Shown one piece after another: positions 10,303 to 20,504 of a stretch of DNA of 62,516 nucleotides. The stretch's first letter is position 1. Every line of letters starts with the position of its first letter. The stretch lies in IMG/VR virus record IMGVR_UViG_3300023199_000083, positions 1 through 62,516 of that record. One strand, given 5' to 3'. The position numbers and the translations under genes are program-made. Below the pieces are notes generated by a model. The model had not been told where the DNA came from, searched no databases, and saw nothing but the letters and a program-made list of their open reading frames with translations. Source of the DNA: a virus. Taxonomy: Duplodnaviria; Caudoviricetes.

Positions 10303-10994
10303 TCGAACTCCTTGTCTTTGTGATAGGCCAATGTCTGAAACACCACGGCTTCCGTATCGACCAGTGCCTCCAAGTTTGCGACAGCCATTCGCACCCCGTA
10401 TTGGTCGCTGTCTCGGACACTCTTGGAATAACTGGTCGCCGCCAGTTTGTAAATCATGTCGCACCACACGGGGGCGCCCATCAGTCCGCCGCTGTTCCCG
10501 TATTGGTACGCGCCCTCATACGGACCGGCCGGGCAGTCTTCCGGGTAGTTTCCTCGTTCCGCTGACAGCAGTGACAGATTGAAGATCGCTGCCGCAGCAT
10601 TACTGACAACAGTCAGCACATGGAGATTGAATACAGCGTCCGAATCAGTGAACAAAACCCGCCACACATTATCAACTCCCTGAAGCGCGTTCCGTGCAAG
10701 CGTCGTTTTCATCAGGTTTGACCACTGGACGCCCTTTTCCGGTCGCAGAACCGTAATCGGTATCCCCCACCACGCGGCCGAGATTTCTATCGGAGTCGTT
10801 CCGGGTTCGTAGCTCGACCACGTGAACACTTTCAGTCGCTGCTCATCGAACGACTGCGGTTCCGGCTTGGGCTCCTTGTGCCGGTCCTGCAACTGCTGCC
10901 AAGTCCGCTTGATGTTCGCGAGCTGTTTCCGGCCCCCGTTCGCGTGGATCAAGACGGGAATGTTCCCGGTCGTCAGGCTCTTAAGCGCTTTCAT
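10287..10994 (-). CDS. PLOD/procollagen-type glycosyltransferase domain protein, apparently permuted
   Basis: VLFTDSD, LSAE, YGNSGGLMG, SDQY, VDTEAVVFQTL; PVLIHANG lies at the N-terminus. Confidence 0.65.
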   Translation of the reverse strand: MKALKSLTTGNIPVLIHANGGRKQLANIKRTWQQLQDRHKEPKPEPQSFDEQRLKVFTWSSYEPGTTPIEISAAWWGIPITVLRPEKGVQWSNLMKTTLARNALQGVDNVWRVLFTDSDAVFNLHVLTVVSNAAAAIFNLSLLSAERGNYPEDCPAGPYEGAYQYGNSGGLMGAPVWCDMIYKLAATSYSKSVRDSDQYGVRMAVANLEALVDTEAVVFQTLAYHKDKEFEWVEL

Positions 10995-11214
10995 TCAGTA
11001 TTTCGTCAATATAACGCTGCACCCTATCTACCAGGTCCGGCCTTGGATACTCTTCCGCCTTTTCGTGGCTTAGTCCAGCGCGGCGCAAGAACTCCTTGTA
11101 TTCCCCAACATGCACCGCTTTGATATTCCCGGGCGCGGTCGGGTCCGGAATAAATCGGTTTCCGGAATTGCTGTACTTCATTCTTTCGTCACAGAATCTA
11201 AAAGGTTTTTCCAC
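10981..11214 (-). CDS. Hypothetical protein
   Basis: Overlaps both neighbours in the operon. Confidence 0.5.
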   Translation of the reverse strand: MEKPFRFCDERMKYSNSGNRFIPDPTAPGNIKAVHVGEYKEFLRRAGLSHEKAEEYPRPDLVDRVQRYIDEILNESA

Positions 11215-12806
11215 TCATCACCGAATATAACCGGGTCCGCCAGCTGGTTAACACGATTTCTGGCCGCTTCCGCAATCGTCATCCGCAGCCGCTCGCTGCG
11301 CTGCAATTTAGACAGGCACGACACCATGTCCTGCATGTCAGTGTACAGCATCCCGGTTGTCCCGTGCTCCAGCATCTCGGTCCAGCCGTAGTCGTTCGGA
11401 GCCACGACCGGTACCCCGTGCGCCATCGCCTCCAGCCCGACCCGAGGCCAATTCTCTTTCGCCGACCCGTTCAGGCCCAGCACAGCGTGACATTGACGCA
11501 TAAAGTCGGTCGCCGGAATCTCGTTCGGCTTGTACGTCTTGGCCCATCGCGGAGGGGTTCCGACCTGGGAAAGCGTCTGGTGGTCCACGCCCATCATCAG
11601 CAGCCGTTTCGGGTTCGGAACCTTGCCGACGTACCGAAACATCTCCTTGTGCCATTTGTCACGCGCGGCCCGCGACAGCTTGCCCATAACGAACTCTTCG
11701 CCGGACAAGTGCGGTCGAGGCCGGTACTCGTACAGGGACACATCGAAGCCGCCGCGAATCAGCCGGTACCGATCGCGAGGCACAAGCGCACCGAGCGTCT
11801 TTTGCAGCCGCCGCATCTGGAACTGGCTCTGGCACACCATCGCGTCCGGCGGGCCACAAGCAGTATACCACCGCTGCTCGTGCCCGAACGGCCACGTCAT
11901 GCAGTTCAGCCAGATGATCGGGCACCCCATGTCTCGCAGCACCGTGGCCGCTCCCGATTCGTAAAAGTGCGAGTTGCAGAACGACACAACTGGAGACCCG
12001 GCTAATCGTGGTATCGACCGCAGGTGCCGCTCCACGTCCCGTGGGCTGATTGTAACCGTCTTGGCCAGGAGCGAGTCCATCTCCGGCTGGTATCGCTGGT
12101 TCGGCCGCCAGGTGGGAATCAGCGTCACTTCAATGCCAGCGCGACGCCACAGCCGGATCGAGTGGTAGGCTTCCGTAGACGCACCGCCAACATCGCCCGG
12201 ATATCCGACCATAACCAGACGGTACGGGCTCCTGTCCTCGCACAAGCGGCAATTCGCGGTCGATTTCGTGTTAACTCGGCCGATTGCGCAGGTATTATGA
12301 AGGGTACAGTCGTAGGTAGAGAACAGTTTCCCGCGATAGGGGCAATTGCTGCTCTGATCGGCCCCCGTGGCCGATTCCGAGCGGTGTCGGCACTCGAACG
12401 CCTTCGGGTTGTGCCAATAGTCCGGTTGGCTGGTCAGGTCGGAAACTGCGACGCTGGGCGGCTTTTTGGTCTTTTCCGGTGCGGCGAGCGATTGCCGAAC
12501 CAGACGCCGGTGCATGACCTTGGGAACGAACTGGCCGTGTTTTTCCAAGAGGTCCGGCACGCGGTCCATGTCCCCGGCTCGGCGCAGTGTGTCGATTGCG
12601 ATCAGGACCGTGGTCCGGTTGATCCCGCGAGACTGGTTCTTGTCCGAGATACAGTCACGGCAGTTCGGGACGTTCGCGGCCACCATCCGTCCGGCTAGCT
12701 CCGATGCTACCCGGCAGTGACCCATTTTCAAGTGAGGACATTCGACATGAACCATGACAGGATTATCATCAGAACCAGGGGGCGGCACAATAGGCGCTCG
12801 GGCCAA
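11178..12806 (-). CDS. GT-B (family 4) glycosyltransferase with Cys-rich N-terminus
   Basis: GGASTE; ENWPRVGLEAMAHGVPVV...EMLEHGTTGML. Confidence 0.88.
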   Translation of the reverse strand: MARAPIVPPPGSDDNPVMVHVECPHLKMGHCRVASELAGRMVAANVPNCRDCISDKNQSRGINRTTVLIAIDTLRRAGDMDRVPDLLEKHGQFVPKVMHRRLVRQSLAAPEKTKKPPSVAVSDLTSQPDYWHNPKAFECRHRSESATGADQSSNCPYRGKLFSTYDCTLHNTCAIGRVNTKSTANCRLCEDRSPYRLVMVGYPGDVGGASTEAYHSIRLWRRAGIEVTLIPTWRPNQRYQPEMDSLLAKTVTISPRDVERHLRSIPRLAGSPVVSFCNSHFYESGAATVLRDMGCPIIWLNCMTWPFGHEQRWYTACGPPDAMVCQSQFQMRRLQKTLGALVPRDRYRLIRGGFDVSLYEYRPRPHLSGEEFVMGKLSRAARDKWHKEMFRYVGKVPNPKRLLMMGVDHQTLSQVGTPPRWAKTYKPNEIPATDFMRQCHAVLGLNGSAKENWPRVGLEAMAHGVPVVAPNDYGWTEMLEHGTTGMLYTDMQDMVSCLSKLQRSERLRMTIAEAARNRVNQLADPVIFGDEWKNLLDSVTKE

Positions 12807-13015
12807 GTATCAATTTTGGGTGTGATTGTCATGGTGGCAGTCGGGCTGGCCGTGGGAATGGCCCTGTTCGGCATGATCGTCGACAACCAGAGCACAAAGA
12901 GAGTGTTTAGCATGTTTCCAGAGTATCCTTTTGTCCGGCCATTTGCCGAGCATATATGGGGTCCGCTGGAGTACCCGCCCGCTACGCCAGACGAACTCAA
13001 CGCGCGGTAGCCTTG

Positions 13016-15247
13016 CTACATCACGCCGCCTCCCACGGCCCCGCTGCTGCTTTGCGGGCAGTCTACGCACTCGATCGGTATAACTGATCTATACCCACGC
13101 CCGACAGTAGTTTCAATTGTTCCCGCTGGCGGTGACGCCGTTCCCCAGCAGGCATTAAACCGCATCGTTACCTTGAACGTCGTTGTGGACCCAGCAGCGA
13201 GGCTGAAATCCCACTCGCCCTCCGGGTCGGCATTTGTCAGGGGCGATGTAAGCCGGTCAAGCGGGGGATCGCTCGATATGATCTCAACGTCGAATCCTGC
13301 ATCACCGTCCGGAGTCAATCCGAAATACATCGCGCATGTGTTGGACCCATTCTCCGGACAAGGATCCCAGGCAAACGCTTCGTTGTTCTTGACATCGACC
13401 TCCAGCGTAAACTCTTCGCCTGTACATACCGGATTGGGTGAATAGCTTATCGCGGTCGCACCAATATCGACGCCCTGTCCAGTATCATCAAACTCTGCCG
13501 CCCCATGCTCCATGCACGATTCACACCCTCCCTCGCTACTACTTTCCTCCTCGCTGCTACTCTCATCCCCACAATCACAGCACCCGATCTTTTCCCACGT
13601 GCCAGGCGTTTTATCCAAGCAGCCGTTTTCATCAATAATCAGCACAACCACGCGCTGAAACAGTTCCCCGTTCACACAGTCGGTCTCAAGCATCTCGATA
13701 TCTGGACACGGCTCCGGCGGCTCTTCGCTGCTACTGTCCTCGCTACTGCTCTCCTCCTCGCTACTGCTCTCCTCCTCGCTGCTGCTTTCCGAATCGCAAC
13801 AGCCAAACAGATCGCCGAAGATGCAGACCTCGTATCTGTCTGCATCTTCGTAGTACTTCGCCAATCCGAATGTGCCTTGCGGAACCTTTGGGTTCCGGTC
13901 GTGCAGCTTGGCCCATTGCTCGACTACCCCCAGCGCGTCATGCACTTCAAAAAAACAGTTGACCGGGCACGTCTGCCCATCTTCGTGCCGGACGACCTCC
14001 GCCAGCGCCGACGTACACGGCTCCAGGCTCTCTCGCAACACAAAACGCCGAAACGCATCCGGTTCGAGCGGATTCACCGTCTGGCTCAGTTGCGTATTGG
14101 GAGCAAAGTTCTCCGGAAGGCCAATGACCCTAGTCGTTACTCGCCGCTCCTCGGAATCTTGGGCGTCATCGACTGTGTAGATGATGCAGTCGTCCGCACC
14201 CGACGGCGACAGGCTGGGGATGCCGATATAAGTCACGTCGATATGTCGCGACGACATCGACAGCCAATCGGTCGCCCACTTATCGGCCAGCGCGTCGAGC
14301 GTTGACTTGTTCAGCGGGTCCGATTCCGCCGTAGCGTCCGCTGCAAAGTCCGCCCAAGCGGTCGAATGGACAGTGACCACGCCTCGCGTGTCGGTCCCAA
14401 CGTTCCGTTCGTAGGTCCAGTCCCGAACCTGCTCGCGGCACTTCTTGGACCGGAACACCATTCGGACCCCGGTCGTTCGGGCCGAGCGAGTGTACGCCCC
14501 GCCAGCGATCACCGGGCCGGGGGCATGAATCGGCGTGTGACGAGCCGCCAGAACCTGCTCCGTGCCCAGTGCGCCCAGCAGCGCGACAGATCCCGTCCGC
14601 GTCACCACCACGCGGCGGCCTGTCGAATGGGCCACTATGTCCAGCAGCCGCGCCGCGTTCATCCTCGGCCGAAACAGCTCGACCGGATCAGGGGCCAGAT
14701 ACGAACCGTCAACCACGCCCGGCACAAAGGTCTGGTTAAGGGACTCGCCAATCTTTAAGATCAATGCGGGCCAAGTCTCCAAATCCGACAGGGTGGGGTT
14801 AACGTGCCTGAACTGCCAAAAGTACCTCTGGTCCACAACGGGCAGCACCCACGCCTTTTTGTTGCCCGAGACCGCCGTCATTTGACGCGGAGCGAGCGCA
14901 AACACCCGGAAGGGTACTCCGGATATGGTCAGGCGAAGAGGCGTCGTAGAGGCGATTTTAGACGCCACATCGGACAGAATCGAATCGTTGACCAGGAAGT
15001 GACCGTAGGCCCATCGAGTCGCACCGGTTGGCCAAACAAGCTGGTTCAGCTTCGGGTGGTGGAAAGGTGGGTAATTTATGTCGGGGGCGGTAACTGGCTG
15101 GTCCCATTTGCCAGCGTGTTCCCATCGCCCGTCATCGTCGGAGAACGTGGGCGATTCCGGGTACTGGTCCGGGGGCTGGAACTGGTCTCGGAACTGCTCA
15201 AGGTCCGGGGCCGAATAAAGCGCCTGTTTGCCGTCGATCAGGATCAT
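13016..15247 (-). CDS. Tail protein (hub/baseplate-like) with Ser/Glu repeats and Cys-rich C-terminus
   Basis: Position in the tail operon; SSSEEE repeats; many Cys. Confidence 0.6.
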   Translation of the reverse strand: MILIDGKQALYSAPDLEQFRDQFQPPDQYPESPTFSDDDGRWEHAGKWDQPVTAPDINYPPFHHPKLNQLVWPTGATRWAYGHFLVNDSILSDVASKIASTTPLRLTISGVPFRVFALAPRQMTAVSGNKKAWVLPVVDQRYFWQFRHVNPTLSDLETWPALILKIGESLNQTFVPGVVDGSYLAPDPVELFRPRMNAARLLDIVAHSTGRRVVVTRTGSVALLGALGTEQVLAARHTPIHAPGPVIAGGAYTRSARTTGVRMVFRSKKCREQVRDWTYERNVGTDTRGVVTVHSTAWADFAADATAESDPLNKSTLDALADKWATDWLSMSSRHIDVTYIGIPSLSPSGADDCIIYTVDDAQDSEERRVTTRVIGLPENFAPNTQLSQTVNPLEPDAFRRFVLRESLEPCTSALAEVVRHEDGQTCPVNCFFEVHDALGVVEQWAKLHDRNPKVPQGTFGLAKYYEDADRYEVCIFGDLFGCCDSESSSEEESSSEEESSSEDSSSEEPPEPCPDIEMLETDCVNGELFQRVVVLIIDENGCLDKTPGTWEKIGCCDCGDESSSEEESSSEGGCESCMEHGAAEFDDTGQGVDIGATAISYSPNPVCTGEEFTLEVDVKNNEAFAWDPCPENGSNTCAMYFGLTPDGDAGFDVEIISSDPPLDRLTSPLTNADPEGEWDFSLAAGSTTTFKVTMRFNACWGTASPPAGTIETTVGRGYRSVIPIECVDCPQSSSGAVGGGVM

Positions 15248-15255
15248 GTCGGTAT

Positions 15256-15777
15256 TTAGTCCTCATCGCCGATCAGGTTCCAGTCAAACACGATAGAAAA
15301 GCCGATCTGGATCGAAGCGTGCTGCCTTGCGTCTCGAATAACGTTCCAGTCCTGCGGGAACGGCGGCTGGTTCAGTATCTGCTCACCGAGTTCGTTCAGG
15401 ATGTCTCGGTCATCGCCGGTGAACGCCTTCAGTGCCTTTGTGGCCAGGCGGTACAGTCCGGAGCCGCGGCGGTTGAGAATCTGGTCGGCATGGTGCGGCT
15501 GGTCCATCTGGCTCGCGGTGTGGATTGTGACCACGATCGTCGACATGCACGTGGCCTGGAACTCGGCCCCGCCGTCGTACATTCCCGCATCAAAACTGCC
15601 TCGTCCTCCGTCGCTGATCACACACCAGATCGGATGAAACGATGCGCCCGGTGTCGGTGGCTTGGCGTCCGGGTTATCGCTGATGAAACACGTCTGGCTC
15701 TTGAGTCCGAGCTGGAACTGCATGCGCTCTCGGAACGCCTTTAGCACCTCGGGAATTAACGTGTCTACGCTGGTCAC
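15256..15777 (-). CDS. Tail terminator/completion-like protein
   Basis: Size, operon position, C-terminal beta strand. Confidence 0.45.
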   Translation of the reverse strand: MTSVDTLIPEVLKAFRERMQFQLGLKSQTCFISDNPDAKPPTPGASFHPIWCVISDGGRGSFDAGMYDGGAEFQATCMSTIVVTIHTASQMDQPHHADQILNRRGSGLYRLATKALKAFTGDDRDILNELGEQILNQPPFPQDWNVIRDARQHASIQIGFSIVFDWNLIGDED

Positions 15778-15819
15778 TCATCAGCTCCCGTGTGGCGCCA
15801 GTTGGCACAATGCCTGTTA

Positions 15820-17457
15820 TCAACTGCTACTCGAATCACCCACGTCGTCCGGTATTGTAGGCGAGCTGGACACCGGGAACAGCCGATCGGTCTGTCTCAG
15901 CCGGAAAAACCGGTTCATCCACTCGTGCAGCACGCCCTGCCGCCCATTGCTGTTGTCAATCTCCGCCGTGTCGCCCATCTCAAAGTTGTCCAGGCCCGGG
16001 AAGATCGCCACATAAGGACCGCCCGGGTACAGTCGCGTTGCCGGTGACAGCGCCACTTCATCCACAAACACACTGGTTCCGCTCGACACGGCCGTCGTCT
16101 GCTTGATCCGAAAGTATACTCGACCCGGGAGCGTCTTGGGAGTCCGAAACGAGCCGGTGGAGTACGTCCAATCCGAATTCGACAGCGACGTTGCGTCGAT
16201 CGTGAAGCTGTTGGCGTTCCCTTCGTCGTCCTGGATCACCGACCCGCCCACGCCGTCGACCAGGGCCACTTCGATAACGCCCGCCGCCGGTACCACGTCC
16301 ACAATCGCCGGGACACATGCCGCATAGCTAAGGGACGGCTCCAAGTTCACTTCCTGGCTCAGTTCCGTCAATTGCGCCCCGTCCGCATCGAATTCGACGG
16401 CTCGAGCGCCGCGGATCACGTTGGCCGACCCCGCCGTGGTCGTCGCGTGTCCGATCGAGCCGGTGTCCAGATCGTTGACGCTGGTGAGCTGGTTTGGGTC
16501 CGGCACGCCGTTAAACGTGATCGTGTGCGTAAAGTTCGGGCTGGTCCCGGTCGTTTCGACGGCCACGGCACCCAGCCCCGGCAGGGCTTGCAACGCGGCC
16601 TCGACAGCCGACTGGTCCCCGTCCCAGGCGATCGGCGACGTTTCGTGTGTCTTGCTATTTCTATCCTCGAACCGGAGCCGGTAGAAGCCTTCGGTCGGGC
16701 TACCTGATATCGTGACGGTCTGGACCTCGATCGGGGTCATTTTCAAGGTCGTCCCAAGCGTCGCCACCGCAGCCTGCCACTCCAGCGGCAAATCGTCCGC
16801 CTGTGCGTTTTCGTCTTCAAAGTCGGCGTTGACCAGCCGGTTGTTGCCGCCGGTAGCCACGCGGCTTGTCAGGCTAATGCTTGCCCCGCTTCCGTCTGGC
16901 CAGAACGGGTCCAGCTCCTCCCGTGTTCGCTCGCCGGAGATCGTCCAGGTGACCGAGCCGTCGTTATTGACGCTGCTCACCTCCAGTTGCACATCCTCGC
17001 CGTAGACGAACTCGCTGACCTTGCCATCCACCCGCCGCAAGCTGACCTCGATCGCGCCTTCCCCTTCGTTCCCGGCCCCGAAGCTGACCGAGCTGGACAG
17101 GGTGCTTTCTTGCAGAGTCTCGCTTTGCCGATCGAATTCGTCGATCAGCCAATCGATCGCGTTGTCGATCCGCTTCGGTGTCTGCTCCGACTCCGCTGCC
17201 ACCGACTCAATGATCAGCGTCGACATGTTCCGCGTGATCGACCCGCCCAGAAACGAGCGAGCGTTGCGGGCCATGGTGTCGACAGCGCTTTGCAATCCGT
17301 CCGTCGAGCCGTGAATCGGCATCGACTCCTGATCGAACAGGTCGGAAAACAGCTTGATATTCGCGCTGAGGCTAGGCCCCGAAGCGTCCAGCAATCCGTC
17401 CGCCGCGTCGAACATCTTCCGAAGGCGGGTGAATAGTTCAGTTAAGTCAATCGCCAC
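15820..17457 (-). CDS. Virion structural protein with a carbohydrate-binding-like module
   Basis: NRLVNADFE...VFVDEV, EVQTVTI repeat; ends GDSSSS. Confidence 0.6.
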   Translation of the reverse strand: MAIDLTELFTRLRKMFDAADGLLDASGPSLSANIKLFSDLFDQESMPIHGSTDGLQSAVDTMARNARSFLGGSITRNMSTLIIESVAAESEQTPKRIDNAIDWLIDEFDRQSETLQESTLSSSVSFGAGNEGEGAIEVSLRRVDGKVSEFVYGEDVQLEVSSVNNDGSVTWTISGERTREELDPFWPDGSGASISLTSRVATGGNNRLVNADFEDENAQADDLPLEWQAAVATLGTTLKMTPIEVQTVTISGSPTEGFYRLRFEDRNSKTHETSPIAWDGDQSAVEAALQALPGLGAVAVETTGTSPNFTHTITFNGVPDPNQLTSVNDLDTGSIGHATTTAGSANVIRGARAVEFDADGAQLTELSQEVNLEPSLSYAACVPAIVDVVPAAGVIEVALVDGVGGSVIQDDEGNANSFTIDATSLSNSDWTYSTGSFRTPKTLPGRVYFRIKQTTAVSSGTSVFVDEVALSPATRLYPGGPYVAIFPGLDNFEMGDTAEIDNSNGRQGVLHEWMNRFFRLRQTDRLFPVSSSPTIPDDVGDSSSS

Positions 17458-17467
17458 GGCATGGCTC

Positions 17468-19273
17468 CTAAACGACCGCTTGATAGTCCGGCGTATTCGG
17501 CCTCTTCTGATTCGTCGGCGGCAACCCCTTGGCTATCGCCGGCAGGTCCTTGAACATCGGCGCAAGCCCGGCCGGGTACTGGTCCCCGCTCCGAACTGCC
17601 CGGTCAAGTGCATACGTGCCGTCAAAGTGTATCCCATACAGCACCGCTCTACCATCCGCCGACAGCACCGGGTCGTTCAGGACCGGCTCATGGCGCAATG
17701 GCCGAGTCGTGATCCCATTTAAGTCTGTAAACGTTTCGAATCCCGGTATTTCCGGCCATTCGTTGACCCGCTCCGCCTCAAGCGAGATATCCCGCAGCGT
17801 CATCGGCCGAAACATCTCAATTTGTACCGACTCCACGCCCGAAGCACCAGCCGCGACCGGCAGGTGGGCGATCCCGGACTTGTTCCGAAGCGTGGTCGTC
17901 ACGTCGTAGCGGAGATAGCCCGTCCCCTCGGTCCTGTTTTCGAACGGCATCGACACCTGGTAATCCAGTTCGTCCTCGTATCCCGGAACGTCTTTTCGAT
18001 CGCCCTTGGTGTCGCCCTCTTCAATCTCCTCTGTGGGGGGAAACTCAATTACCGGCCCCATCGGGCGCGAATACAGATCGAACGGACCACACGAATCTTG
18101 GTACAGCACATGCCGAAATATCCCTCGAAGACCCGCCGTGAAGAACGGAGCCACAAACGTATTGACGATTGGAAGCGGAGGATTCTCTGCGAACGTTAAC
18201 TGGTCCTCATCTCCCGCCTGCGGCGCGGTTCCGGCCCATATGGATCCGTCTGTATGCTTTATCGTTGCCGACGCATACGCAACCGTGTCATGCAGGTCTT
18301 CGCCGATCTCCGCATGTTGCACGAAATTCCGGTTGGTGAACAGGAATATCCGCGTCAGATGCAATCGCATTTCCAGAATTTGGTACGCCAACGACGCCAG
18401 TCGCGACTTCGACTCTTGGGGGTTTCCTTCCACGCGGACATTGACGGTGCTTTCCGCCAGCGCGCTGTGAGGCTGCGGAAACACAATCTTGTGCGATGCC
18501 GTCCACTTGAGCGCTGGCAGCGGTGGGTAGACGGCAACCTGCCTGTCTTCGAACGTGAAGTCCAGTGTTAGGCCATCTTCACTCTCTTCTGCGCTGTAAT
18601 TATAACGCTTAAACCCGAACGTTAATGGCGGGATGAACCATTCTTTGAAGGAGTGGACGCCCACGTCTGGACTTGCTACGCGCAAGCGGCCTCGGTATCG
18701 TCGAGTCGTGAACCAGCGTTCGTCCAGCGTCTCCGCTTGCCACATCTTTAATGACAAGATATCTGGACTCGTTCTCCCACCACCCGCGCCGCAATCCAGC
18801 GGCCTCACAAACTCAATATTAAACTGTATCCGCGCCGACTTGTCATTTACAAAATGGAGCAGTCGCGGGCTTGGCTTCGGGCCGTTGTCAATGTCCATTG
18901 ACGGACGATTTACAGAAGTGGTGCGCATTATCTTTTTTCCAGCCGCCTCCAGTACAGTGGTGCTGTTAATGCGCATCTGAAAATGGCCTTGCGGCTCACT
19001 AAGAGATGCCAGAAGGCGACTAGCCCATCCGGAGCCTTGCGAGTTCAGTGTATCGCCCACGACCCTAATCCCAAGTCGCTCATGGTCCGCCGGCTCGACT
19101 TTATTACTCGCGTAAATGATCCCATGCGCACTGAGAGTTGTTTTCAGGGCCATAGGATTCGCTTTCGATGCGTCCATGATCGGCTCTTGAACGATCGACT
19201 CGATCATTACATTGTGGATGCGCACTGTGTCGCTCGAGCTGGGTCCAGCGCGATACACGATTTCTGTTGCCAC
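17468..19273 (-). CDS. Tail protein downstream of the tape measure
   Basis: GTG start 2 nt after the tape-measure stop. Confidence 0.6.
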   Translation of the reverse strand: MATEIVYRAGPSSSDTVRIHNVMIESIVQEPIMDASKANPMALKTTLSAHGIIYASNKVEPADHERLGIRVVGDTLNSQGSGWASRLLASLSEPQGHFQMRINSTTVLEAAGKKIMRTTSVNRPSMDIDNGPKPSPRLLHFVNDKSARIQFNIEFVRPLDCGAGGGRTSPDILSLKMWQAETLDERWFTTRRYRGRLRVASPDVGVHSFKEWFIPPLTFGFKRYNYSAEESEDGLTLDFTFEDRQVAVYPPLPALKWTASHKIVFPQPHSALAESTVNVRVEGNPQESKSRLASLAYQILEMRLHLTRIFLFTNRNFVQHAEIGEDLHDTVAYASATIKHTDGSIWAGTAPQAGDEDQLTFAENPPLPIVNTFVAPFFTAGLRGIFRHVLYQDSCGPFDLYSRPMGPVIEFPPTEEIEEGDTKGDRKDVPGYEDELDYQVSMPFENRTEGTGYLRYDVTTTLRNKSGIAHLPVAAGASGVESVQIEMFRPMTLRDISLEAERVNEWPEIPGFETFTDLNGITTRPLRHEPVLNDPVLSADGRAVLYGIHFDGTYALDRAVRSGDQYPAGLAPMFKDLPAIAKGLPPTNQKRPNTPDYQAVV

Positions 19274-19275
19274 AA

Positions 19276-20502
19276 CTACGGACCTCTTCTGTTTCGAGGA
19301 ACAAACTGCTGGCCATTTTGCCGCCAATCCCGCTCTTGCTCCATAGTGGCCCTCGCAAGCGTAGCCCCAAGGTCCCGAAATGCCGCATTGACATTTGCAT
19401 CGGCTGGCCGCCCCACGCCGGGGATTCGTTCTATCAGCCACGCTAAGGCCCTGACATGCGGAATAAGCTCAACTATCTTGATCGCGACAGTGCCCAAATC
19501 CGCCAGCCTGGCCACTGCAACGTTCATAACGCCCTCGAACCGGTTCTGCCATGGCTGCACTGAGTCTCGCAAGTCGTCCAAAGATTCCTGGCGATCGCGA
19601 ACGGTGTGTCCTATCTGCTCGCCGGTTCTAACATTCCGCTCGATGGATCTATACTCGCTTTGCAAATAAGCGACACCTATCTCCGCGTTGAACTTCACCA
19701 AGTGTTTGTGTGACTTTTCTAATTCCTCGCCCCATCGCCTGATAATGAATGGCATTTCGAACGGCAGCTTTGCCTGGTCGACGACTGCGCGGGCTCGCGC
19801 GAACGGGTTCGGCGAAACAAGCGCCTGGCCCGTATTCCTTACAACGCGCCGGGCAACACCCTTCCCCTCGCTAAATACTTGAGACCCGGCAGGGCTAAGG
19901 GACTGTATAACGGACGCCCGCGTTTCATCCTGCCTGGCGCCGCGCCTGCGTCCCGCGACCGTTGCCGCTGTGAATACAAAAAAGTCGGCGATCTTGTTTA
20001 GTACAATGCCCTCGATTCGCCTGCCTATCTGCTCGCCGATCCGGTCACCACCGCCGCCACCGCCGCCACCACCACCGGACCCTCCTCCGAATGAGCCGCC
20101 GCCACCACCACCGCCACCGCCTCCCATGCCCCCGCCGCTGGCGCCTCCCCCAATACCACTCAGCGCATCGCGCAGCGCTGCGCCAAATCCACCTCCGGGT
20201 TGCGGTGCCGATGATGTCTCGCGGCCGCCCCGGACGTATTCGGCTTCAACTACGTCGTCGGAGCCACGTCCTCTCCCTCCCGATCCGAATATGGCACTGG
20301 CAACGTCGACGGATGTTTGAACAAACTCTGCTGTTGACCTGCCAGAGGACCGGGCTACTTGCCCTGAAGCCCCTGCCGCGCCGCTTCTGGCGCCAGCACT
20401 TGCGCCTGCGCGAGCGCCGACGCTTGCCGCAGTTCGCGCGCCAGCCCCGCCAAGCAGCCTGCCGAGCGACCCAAGAAGTGCCCCTGCCAATGGTGCAGCC
20501 AT
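19276..20502 (-). CDS. Putative short tape measure protein
   Basis: Follows the frameshifting chaperone; Ala/Gly-rich and helical. Confidence 0.55.
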   Translation of the reverse strand: MAAPLAGALLGSLGRLLGGAGARTAASVGARAGASAGARSGAAGASGQVARSSGRSTAEFVQTSVDVASAIFGSGGRGRGSDDVVEAEYVRGGRETSSAPQPGGGFGAALRDALSGIGGGASGGGMGGGGGGGGGGSFGGGSGGGGGGGGGGDRIGEQIGRRIEGIVLNKIADFFVFTAATVAGRRRGARQDETRASVIQSLSPAGSQVFSEGKGVARRVVRNTGQALVSPNPFARARAVVDQAKLPFEMPFIIRRWGEELEKSHKHLVKFNAEIGVAYLQSEYRSIERNVRTGEQIGHTVRDRQESLDDLRDSVQPWQNRFEGVMNVAVARLADLGTVAIKIVELIPHVRALAWLIERIPGVGRPADANVNAAFRDLGATLARATMEQERDWRQNGQQFVPRNRRGP

Positions 20503-20504
20503 GT

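Noticed and set aside
7374-12806. DNA hypermodification cluster
   Set aside because: No base hydroxymethylase or similar partner recognised; location in the structural operon favours protein or surface glycosylation, though DNA modification is not formally excluded
18922-18990. Diversity-generating retroelement TR/VR pair with 31770-31838
   Set aside because: No reverse transcriptase; only two reciprocal A/C mismatches; not at a gene 3' end
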